DNA of 32,000 nucleotides from Sinorhizobium meliloti (GTDB lineage Bacteria; Pseudomonadota; Alphaproteobacteria; Rhizobiales; Rhizobiaceae): NCBI RefSeq assembly GCF_017876815.1, contig NZ_JAGIOS010000001.1, positions 1,740,001 to 1,772,000 of the forward strand, read 5' to 3'. Shown piece by piece: positions 25,735 to 32,000 of this stretch (position 1 is its first letter; each line of letters starts with the position of its first letter). The notes under the pieces were generated by a model. It saw only the letters and a program-made list of their open reading frames with translations, ran no database searches and was not told where the DNA came from. The position numbers and the translations under genes were made by a program.

Positions 25735-26460
25735 ATGGACGCGACGATCAGGCTGGAAGAAAGCTGGAAAGCCGTTCTGGGCGGGGAATTCCGCCACGGT
25801 TACATGGCCGAGCTCAAGCGGTTCCTGCTGGAGGAGAAGCAGCAGGGTCGGCAGATTTTTCCGAGGGGCGTCGAATATTTCCGTGCGCTCGATCTGACCC
25901 CGCTCGACAGGGTACGCGTCGTCATCCTCGGCCAGGATCCCTATCATGGCGACGGGCAGGCGCATGGGCTCTGCTTCAGCGTTCGTCCGGGCGTGCGCAC
26001 GCCCCCTTCACTCGTCAACATCTACAAGGAATTGCAGGAAGACCTGGGTATTCCGCCGGCGCGCCACGGCTTCCTCGAAAGCTGGGCGCGCCAGGGCGTG
26101 CTGCTTCTGAACAGCGTGCTGACCGTCGAGCGTGGCCGCGCGGCCTCGCACCAGGGCAGGGGCTGGGAGCGCTTCACCGACGCCGTAATCCGGGCGGTCA
26201 ACGAGCAGGCGCAGCCCGTCGTCTTCATGCTCTGGGGCTCTTACGCACAACGCAAGGCCGCTTTTGTCGATCGTTCGCGTCACCTCGTGCTCACCGCACC
26301 GCATCCGTCACCCTTATCGGCCCATGCGGGGTTCTTCGGATGCCGGCATTTCTCCAAGGCGAACGCGTTTTTAACGTCCAAGGGGTTGGATCCGATCGAT
26401 TGGCGGTTGCCGGAAGATCCCCCCTTGGCCGTCGAGCGGCAGATGGCGCCGAACTGCTGA
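25735..26460 (+). CDS. ung: uracil-DNA glycosylase (family 1), 241 aa
   Basis: Motifs GQDPYHG, ...[11 protein letters not shown]... and HPSPLSA are present. An AAGGAGGTGG RBS lies upstream of the ATG at 25735. Confidence 0.93.
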   Translation: MDATIRLEESWKAVLGGEFRHGYMAELKRFLLEEKQQGRQIFPRGVEYFRALDLTPLDRVRVVILGQDPYHGDGQAHGLCFSVRPGVRTPPSLVNIYKELQEDLGIPPARHGFLESWARQGVLLLNSVLTVERGRAASHQGRGWERFTDAVIRAVNEQAQPVVFMLWGSYAQRKAAFVDRSRHLVLTAPHPSPLSAHAGFFGCRHFSKANAFLTSKGLDPIDWRLPEDPPLAVERQMAPNC

Positions 26461-26520
26461 CGCGGCCGTAGCGTTTGCCGTCGCGAATGGGCCTTGCACC
26501 CGCCGCGGCGATCCGTCAAA

Positions 26521-26564
26521 GACTGCCCGACTATGCGGGTAGGACTGGCCCGGCTATGCGGGTG
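26521..26564. repeat. tandem 22-bp imperfect direct repeat immediately upstream of cobF
   Basis: GACTGCCCGACTATGCGGGTAG is followed by GACTGGCCCGGCTATGCGGGTG. The core CTATGCGGGT occurs at 26531-26540 and at 26554-26563. Confidence 0.6.
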
Positions 26565-26569
26565 GCGCG

Positions 26570-27352
26570 ATGGGAGACGGCATGCGACACATCCTGATCA
26601 TCGGTATCGGTGCGGGCAACCCCGAGCACATGACGGTTCAGGCGATCAATGCGCTGAACCGGGCTGATGTGCTCTTCATCCCGACCAAAGGGGAGAAGAA
26701 GACCGAGCTCGCCGAGCTGCGCCGCGGGATATGCGCCCGTTACGTGACGCGGGCCGGCAGCCGCACCGTCGAATTCGCCGTGCCCGTCCGCCGCACCGAA
26801 GGCCGCAGCTACGTGGAAAGCGTGGACGACTGGCATGCGGGCATTGCCGCCGCCTACGAGGCGCTGCTGGAGAGCGAGCTTGCGGAAGGGCAGACCGGCG
26901 CCTTCCTCGTCTGGGGCGATCCGATGCTTTATGACAGCACGATCCGCATCGTCGAACGCGTGAAGACGCGCGGCCGGGTCACCTTCGGCTACGACGTCAT
27001 TCCGGGCATTACCAGCCTGCAGGCGCTCTGTGCCAGCCATCGCATCCCGTTGAACCTCGTCGGCAAGCCGGTGGAAATCACCACCGGCCGGCGGCTCGCC
27101 GAAAGTTTTCCGCACAGGAACGAGACGGCCGTCGTCATGCTCGACGGCGAGCAGGCGTTCCGGAAGATCGAGGATCCGGACGCCGAGATTTATTGGGGCG
27201 CCTATCTCGGCACGCCCGACGAGATCGTCATTGCAGGGCGCCTCGCCGAGGTGAAAGAGCAGATTCTCGAAGCGCGGGCCGCGGCGCGCGAGCGGATGGG
27301 CTGGATCATGGATATCTATCTGCTGCGCAAGGGCGCCGATTTCGAAGAGTAA
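26570..27352 (+). CDS. cobF: precorrin-6A synthase (deacetylating), about 256-260 aa
   Basis: MRHILIIGIGAGNPEHMTVQAINALNRADVLFIP... is a tetrapyrrole methylase fold of CobF type. It starts at ATG 26570 or at ATG 26582 (GGGAGA at 4 nt). Confidence 0.9.
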   Translation: MGDGMRHILIIGIGAGNPEHMTVQAINALNRADVLFIPTKGEKKTELAELRRGICARYVTRAGSRTVEFAVPVRRTEGRSYVESVDDWHAGIAAAYEALLESELAEGQTGAFLVWGDPMLYDSTIRIVERVKTRGRVTFGYDVIPGITSLQALCASHRIPLNLVGKPVEITTGRRLAESFPHRNETAVVMLDGEQAFRKIEDPDAEIYWGAYLGTPDEIVIAGRLAEVKEQILEARAAARERMGWIMDIYLLRKGADFEE

Positions 27353-27477
27353 ACGGGCATTGCCGTGCTCTTGGCCGCCGATCTTTGATCTCTCTCGACG
27401 CGCCCGCCTGTGATATAGGCTCGATCGATCAGTCCTGCCGTGACGGCTCCGAGACACCGAAGGATCACCGAAGACGA

Positions 27478-28845
27478 ATGACAAGCTGCGCCGCTCCACG
27501 AGCCGACCGATCTGCGACCGGCACATCGATGCGCCGCGGGAGCTGTCCCTCGCTGGCGGCGCCGATGCAGACCGGGGACGGCCTGCTCGTGCGGCTGCGA
27601 CCGGCGGGCGACGGTCTGACGCCGGCGGAGATGAGGGCGATTGCCGGTGCGGCTGCGAGATGCGGCAGCGGGGTCATTGAGGTCACCGCACGCGGCAACC
27701 TGCAGATACGCGGCCTGACGCCGGAAAGCGTTCCGGCGCTCGCCGAAGCGATAGGGGCGGCGGAGATAGCCATTGCCGAAGGGGTCGCGATCGAGACGCC
27801 GCCGCTTGCCGGATTCGACCCGGACGAAATCGCCGATCCTCGCCCGCTCGCCCGCGCGCTGCGCGTGGCGATCTCCGGCGCGGGTGAGGCGCTCAGGCTT
27901 GCGCCGAAACTTTCGATCGTCGTGGATGGAGGCGGCCGCTTCCACCTGGGAAGCCTGACCGCCGACCTGCGTGTCTCTGCGCTCGCGCATGAGGGCGGCG
28001 TGCGATGGCTGTTTTCGCTCGGCGGGACGGCGCGTTCGGCAAAGCCCGTCGCGCTCCTGGAATCGAAAGATATCGTCCCGATGGTTCTCGAAATCCTGGG
28101 AGATCTCACTGCGCGCGGTCCCGCTTCCCGCGCCCGCGAGCTCGATGCCGATCTTCTTCGGCAGCGCGCGGCTGCCGGCGATGCCCTGCCGCGCGTGGAC
28201 GGTCCCGTTTTTTCGCCGCCACCGGCGGGCATCCACCACTTCGGCGGCGCCGGCACCGTGCTTGGCATCGGGCTGGCCTTCGCGCAAACCGATGCGGGTA
28301 GTCTCGTCGCATTCCTCCGGCAGGCGGAGGAACTCGGCGCAAACGAGATACGCTTGGCACCCCCGCACGGTCTGTTCGTCCTCGGTCTTTCGGGCGAAAC
28401 GGCGGCCGTTGCGCAACGGCTCGCCTCTGCGCACGGCTTTCTGGTCGCCTCCGGCGATCCGCGCAATCACATAGCCACCTGCGCGGGCCTCGCCTGCGCC
28501 TCGGCGCGGATGGACACAAAGGCGATGGCGAGGCTGTTGCTGGAAGCTGCGCCGGACCTCCTCGACGGTTCGGCGACGGTGCATCTCTCCGGCTGTCCCA
28601 AGGGTTGCGCCAGCCCCACGGCGTCGCCGCTGACGCTCGTCGGTGCGCCATCAGGATATGCGCTTGTCGTAAATGGCACTGCTTCCGTCGCGCCGAGTGC
28701 CTACAGGGATGAAAACGGAATAGGATCTGCGTTCGGCGCGCTGAACGCGCTCGTGCGGGAAAACAAAGACGCTGGCGAATCGGCGCTGTCCTGTCTTACA
28801 CGGCTCGGGACCGCGCGCATCGCCGCCGCGTTTGAACAGGGATAG
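27478..28845 (+). CDS. cobG: precorrin-3B synthase (O2-dependent monooxygenase of the aerobic B12 pathway), about 455 aa
   Basis: RRGSCPSLAAPMQTGDGLLVRLRP...IEVTARGNLQIRGL shows sulfite/nitrite-reductase-like repeats typical of CobG. It starts at ATG 27478 or 27529. The track ORF from 27193 overlaps cobF and I rejected it. Confidence 0.88.
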   Translation: MTSCAAPRADRSATGTSMRRGSCPSLAAPMQTGDGLLVRLRPAGDGLTPAEMRAIAGAAARCGSGVIEVTARGNLQIRGLTPESVPALAEAIGAAEIAIAEGVAIETPPLAGFDPDEIADPRPLARALRVAISGAGEALRLAPKLSIVVDGGGRFHLGSLTADLRVSALAHEGGVRWLFSLGGTARSAKPVALLESKDIVPMVLEILGDLTARGPASRARELDADLLRQRAAAGDALPRVDGPVFSPPPAGIHHFGGAGTVLGIGLAFAQTDAGSLVAFLRQAEELGANEIRLAPPHGLFVLGLSGETAAVAQRLASAHGFLVASGDPRNHIATCAGLACASARMDTKAMARLLLEAAPDLLDGSATVHLSGCPKGCASPTASPLTLVGAPSGYALVVNGTASVAPSAYRDENGIGSAFGALNALVRENKDAGESALSCLTRLGTARIAAAFEQG

Positions 28846-28847
28846 AA

Positions 28848-29480
28848 ATGCCTGATTACGATTACATCCGCGATGGCAACGCCATCTATGAGCGTTCCTT
28901 CGCGATCATCCGCGCGGAAGCCGACCTTTCCGGATTTTCGGAGGAGGAAGCCGATCTCGCCATACGCATGGTGCATGCCTGCGGCTCGGTCGAGGCGGTG
29001 CGCCAATTTGTGTTCTCGCCCGGCTTCGTCTCCGCCGCGCGCGCGGCGCTGAAAGACGGCGCGCCGATTCTCTGCGACGCCGAAATGGTCGCCCATGGTG
29101 TGACCCGCGCCCGGCTGCCCGCCGGAAACGAGGTGATCTGCACGCTCCGCGATCCGCGCACCGCGGAGATTGCGACCGAGATCGGCAATACGCGTTCCGC
29201 CGCGGCGTTGAAGCTCTGGGGTGAGCGGATGGCTGGCTCCGTCGTTGCGATCGGCAATGCGCCGACCGCACTGTTCTATCTGCTCGAGATGCTGCGCGAC
29301 GGCGCCCCGAAGCCGGCGGCGATCCTCGGAATGCCGGTCGGTTTCGTCGGTGCGGCCGAATCGAAGGACGCGCTCGCCGAAAATTCCTATGGCGTTCCCT
29401 TTGCGATCGTACGTGGCCGCCTCGGCGGCAGCGCGATGACCGCCGCCGCACTGAATTCTCTCGCGAGGCCGGGCCTGTGA
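28848..29480 (+). CDS. cobH: precorrin-8X methylmutase, 210 aa
   Basis: MPDYDYIRDGNAIYERSFAIIRAEADLSGF...MVHACG...IGNAPTALFYLLE is typical CobH/CbiC. The ATG is 2 nt after the cobG stop. Confidence 0.93.
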   Translation: MPDYDYIRDGNAIYERSFAIIRAEADLSGFSEEEADLAIRMVHACGSVEAVRQFVFSPGFVSAARAALKDGAPILCDAEMVAHGVTRARLPAGNEVICTLRDPRTAEIATEIGNTRSAAALKLWGERMAGSVVAIGNAPTALFYLLEMLRDGAPKPAAILGMPVGFVGAAESKDALAENSYGVPFAIVRGRLGGSAMTAAALNSLARPGL

Positions 29481-30232
29481 GCGGCGTGGAATCAGGCCGG
29501 CTTATCGGCGTCGGAACGGGTCCCGGCGATCCTGAACTCCTGACCGTAAAGGCGGTCCGGGCGCTCGGCGAAGCGGATGTCGTCGCCTATTTCGCCAAGG
29601 CCGGACGCAACGGCAACGGCCGCGCGGTGGTCGAAGGTCTTTTGAAGCCGGGCATGACCGAATTGCCGCTCTACTACCCGGTGACGACTGAGATCGACAA
29701 GGATCATGACGCCTATAAGCGCCAGATCACCGACTTCTACGACGCCTCGGCCGAGGCCGTCGCCGCGCATCTTCTCGCCGGACGGACAGTCGCGGTGCTG
29801 AGCGAGGGCGATCCGCTTTTCTACGGCTCCTACATGCACCTCCATGTGCGGCTTGCCGGCCGTTTCCCGGCCGAGGTCATTCCGGGCATCACCGCAATGT
29901 CCGGCTGCTGGTCGCTCGCGGGGCTGCCGCTGGTGCAGGGCGACGACGTGCTCTCGGTTCTCCCCGGCACGATGGGCGAGGGCGAGCTTCGGCGCCGCCT
30001 TGCCGACACGCAGGCCGCGGTCATCATGAAGGTCGGCCGAAACCTGCCGAAGATCCGCCGGGCGCTGGCGGCGGCAGGCAGGCTCGAGGCGGCCGTCTAT
30101 GTCGAGCGCGGCACCATGAGGAATGCAGCGATGGTTCCGCTCGGCGAGAAGCCGGACGACGAGGCGCCCTATTTCTCGCTGGTGCTCGTTCCAGGCTGGA
30201 AGGACAGGCCCGGATCGGAGGGCAGGGCATGA
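29477..30232 (+). CDS. cobI: precorrin-2 C20-methyltransferase, 251 aa
   Basis: GRLIGVGTGPGDPELLTVKAVRAL...SEGDPLFYGSYMHL...VIPGITAM. The GTG start overlaps the cobH stop (GTGA). Confidence 0.92.
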   Translation: MSGVESGRLIGVGTGPGDPELLTVKAVRALGEADVVAYFAKAGRNGNGRAVVEGLLKPGMTELPLYYPVTTEIDKDHDAYKRQITDFYDASAEAVAAHLLAGRTVAVLSEGDPLFYGSYMHLHVRLAGRFPAEVIPGITAMSGCWSLAGLPLVQGDDVLSVLPGTMGEGELRRRLADTQAAVIMKVGRNLPKIRRALAAAGRLEAAVYVERGTMRNAAMVPLGEKPDDEAPYFSLVLVPGWKDRPGSEGRA

Positions 30233-30993
30233 CCGGAAAGCTCTTCATCGTCGGCACCGGCCCCGGCAATCCGGCACAAATGACCCCCGAGGCCGAAGAC
30301 GCGATTGCGGTCGCTACCGAGTTCTTCGGCTACGGCCCATATCTCGATCGACTGCATCTTCGGGCTGATCAACGGCGCATCGCTTCGGACAACCGCGAGG
30401 AGCTCGACCGCGCCCACGCAGCGCTCGCGCGCGCCGCAGCCGGGGCGGATGTCTGCGTCGTCTCCGGCGGCGATCCCGGCATCTTCGCGATGGCGGCCGC
30501 CGTCTGCGAGGCGATCGACAAGGGGCCGCAGGAATGGCGTGAGGTCGATCTCACGATCACGCCCGGCGTCACCGCAATGCTCGCGGTCGCAGCCCGGATC
30601 GGGGCACCGCTCGGACACGATTTCTGCGCCATGTCGCTTTCCGATAATCTGAAGCCCTGGGATGTCATCACCCGGCGGTTGAGGCTTGCCGCCGAAGCGG
30701 GGCTCGTCATCGCGCTCTACAATCCGATCAGCAAGGCGCGTCCCTGGCAGCTCGGCGAGGCCTTCGAGGTACTGCGGCAGGTGCTGCCGGCCCAAGTTCC
30801 GGTGATCTTCGGCCGCGCCGCCGGGCGGCCCGACGAGCGCATCGCGGTCATGCCGCTCGGCGAGGCCGACGCCGGCCGCGCCGACATGGCGACCTGCGTG
30901 ATCATCGGTTCGCCGGAGACGCGCATCATCGCCCGCGAGGGAAAGCACGACCTCGTCTACACGCCGCGGTCCTTCACCGGAGAAAGCCATTGA
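30229..30993 (+). CDS. cobJ: precorrin-3B C17-methyltransferase, 254 aa
   Basis: MTGKLFIVGTGPGNPAQMTPEA...VVSGGDPGIFAMAAAV...ITPGVTAMLAVAARIGAPLGHDFCAMSLSD. The ATG overlaps the cobI stop (ATGA). Confidence 0.92.
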   Translation: MTGKLFIVGTGPGNPAQMTPEAEDAIAVATEFFGYGPYLDRLHLRADQRRIASDNREELDRAHAALARAAAGADVCVVSGGDPGIFAMAAAVCEAIDKGPQEWREVDLTITPGVTAMLAVAARIGAPLGHDFCAMSLSDNLKPWDVITRRLRLAAEAGLVIALYNPISKARPWQLGEAFEVLRQVLPAQVPVIFGRAAGRPDERIAVMPLGEADAGRADMATCVIIGSPETRIIAREGKHDLVYTPRSFTGESH

Positions 30994-31757
30994 CGGATGC
31001 GTTCGAGCGCCTCGTCACAGTCGCCGACCGATTGAACGTCGGCAGGCTTGTGGCGCTCGACCATCACCACCTCGATCCCGAGCTGACGCGCCGCCGCTAT
31101 CTTGCCGTAGGTGGCCGCGCCGCCGCTGTTCTTGGCGACGATGACGTCGATCCCGTGACGTTCGAGCAGTTCTGTTTCGTCGGCCTGCGCAAAGGGGCCG
31201 GAGGCGAGGATGGCGGTGACATCCGGCAGATCGAGCGGCGGCATCACCGGATCGACGCTGCGCACGACGTAGCTGTGCTGCGGCGCCCTCTCGAAATGGA
31301 AAGCCTCCTGCCGGCCGATTGCCAGAAAGACGCGGCGCGGCGCCTCGCCCAATGCGGGAACCGCTTCCGCGACGCTTCCGACGCATGTCCATCGATCGCC
31401 GGGTTCTGCAGCCCAGGCGGGGCGGCGGAGCGCAAGGAGCGGCGTTCCGGTCATTTTAGCCGCTGCGGCTGCGTTGAGCGAGATGCGGGCGGCGAAGGGG
31501 TGCGTCGCATCGATCAGCAGGGCGATGTTTCGCTCGCGCAGGAAGACGGCGAGCCCTTCGGCGCCGCCGAAGCCGCCGGTGCGCGTAGGAAGCGGCTGCG
31601 GGCGGGGATCGGCGGTACGGCCGGCAAGCGAGATCGCCGTATCGTAATGGGGTTCGGAGACCAGGCGCTCTGCGAGCTGCCGCGCCTCGGTCGTTCCGCC
31701 CAGGATCAGAATGCGAGGTCTGCCCGTGGCTGACATGTCGAACAGTGGCTCGGCCAT
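30957..31757 (-). CDS. cobK: precorrin-6A reductase, about 266 aa
   Basis: RILILGGTTEARQLAERL...LIDATHPFAARIS...VAKNSGGAATYGKIAAARQLGIEV is typical CobK. The best start is ATG 31755-31757 (AGGGAG at 5 nt), with alternatives at 31736, 31775 and 31835. Its 3' end overlaps cobJ by 37 nt. Confidence 0.88.
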   Translation of the reverse strand: MAEPLFDMSATGRPRILILGGTTEARQLAERLVSEPHYDTAISLAGRTADPRPQPLPTRTGGFGGAEGLAVFLRERNIALLIDATHPFAARISLNAAAAAKMTGTPLLALRRPAWAAEPGDRWTCVGSVAEAVPALGEAPRRVFLAIGRQEAFHFERAPQHSYVVRSVDPVMPPLDLPDVTAILASGPFAQADETELLERHGIDVIVAKNSGGAATYGKIAAARQLGIEVVMVERHKPADVQSVGDCDEALERIRQWLSPVKDRGV

Positions 31758-32000
31758 CGTCGCTCCCTGGCTCATCGTGATCGGTATCGGAGAAGACGGT
31801 GTAGCCGGTCTCGGCGACGAGGCCAAGCGCCTCATTGAGGCCGCTCCCGTCGTCTTCGGCGGGGCCCGCCATTTGGAACTCGCTGCGCCGCTGATCGGTG
31901 GCGAACGCCATATCTGGCAGAGCCCGTTTGAAAGATCGGTGGAGGCGATCGTCGCCCGTCGCGGCAGCCCCGTCGTTGTGCTCGCCTCCGGCGATCCGTT
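31735..32000 (+). CDS. cobL: precorrin-6Y C5,15-methyltransferase (decarboxylating), N-terminal fragment running off the window
   Basis: My own translation, as this ORF is not in the track because it is open-ended: MSNSGSAIVAPWLIVIGIGEDGVAGLGDEAKRLIEAAPVVFGGARHLELAAPLIGGERHIWQSPFERSVEAIVARRGSPVVVLASGDPF. This is a typical CobL N-terminus. Alternative in-frame starts are GTG 31726 and ATG 31711. Confidence 0.85.
   Translation, partial: MSNSGSAIVAPWLIVIGIGEDGVAGLGDEAKRLIEAAPVVFGGARHLELAAPLIGGERHIWQSPFERSVEAIVARRGSPVVVLASGDP

Noticed and set aside
26461-27477. Cobalamin riboswitch upstream of cobF or cobG
   Set aside because: The two non-coding gaps (about 110 and 125 nt) are shorter than a typical B12 element, and I could not find a B12-box-like conserved core. 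A covariance-model scan would be decisive.
26531-28584. 331-aa, 422-aa and 333-aa minus-strand ORFs across cobF and cobG
   Set aside because: They are antisense to clearly identifiable cob genes, and the translations are Arg/Ala/Pro low-complexity.

Overview
High-GC window that looks alpha-proteobacterial (Rhizobiaceae-like). The gene order matches what I remember of a Sinorhizobium/Ensifer chromosome, but that is from memory and unverified. The left ~8.7 kb looks like an accessory type I secretion (T1SS) locus. On the minus strand it carries a small, very acidic protein, a 684-aa protein built from five degenerate repeat modules, a PrtD-class ABC exporter with an unusual N-terminal extension, a HlyD-family adaptor and a 164-aa unknown protein. 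Next to these are a ~1-kb AT-rich control region and a divergent LuxR-type regulator whose receiver domain appears degenerate. This locus is my best candidate for an undescribed system. The remaining ~23 kb is conserved housekeeping. It contains tyrosine/homogentisate catabolism (hpd, Lrp-type and MarR-type regulators, hmgA, FAH-family hydrolase, maiA), purU, a palindromic intergenic repeat element, and the branched-chain keto-acid dehydrogenase operon (E1alpha, E1beta, E2, E3). It also contains an FAD oxidoreductase, a short ModE-like regulator with modABC and candidate Mo-boxes, ung, and the aerobic cobalamin cluster cobFGHIJ, with cobK antisense and overlapping both neighbours, and a partial cobL. 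I saw no rRNA, tRNA, CRISPR array, transposase or integrase. Many long ORFs in the track are antisense or alternate-frame artefacts of the high GC content. Several track ORFs begin at upstream TTG/GTG/ATG codons that I trimmed using RBS position and family N-termini.
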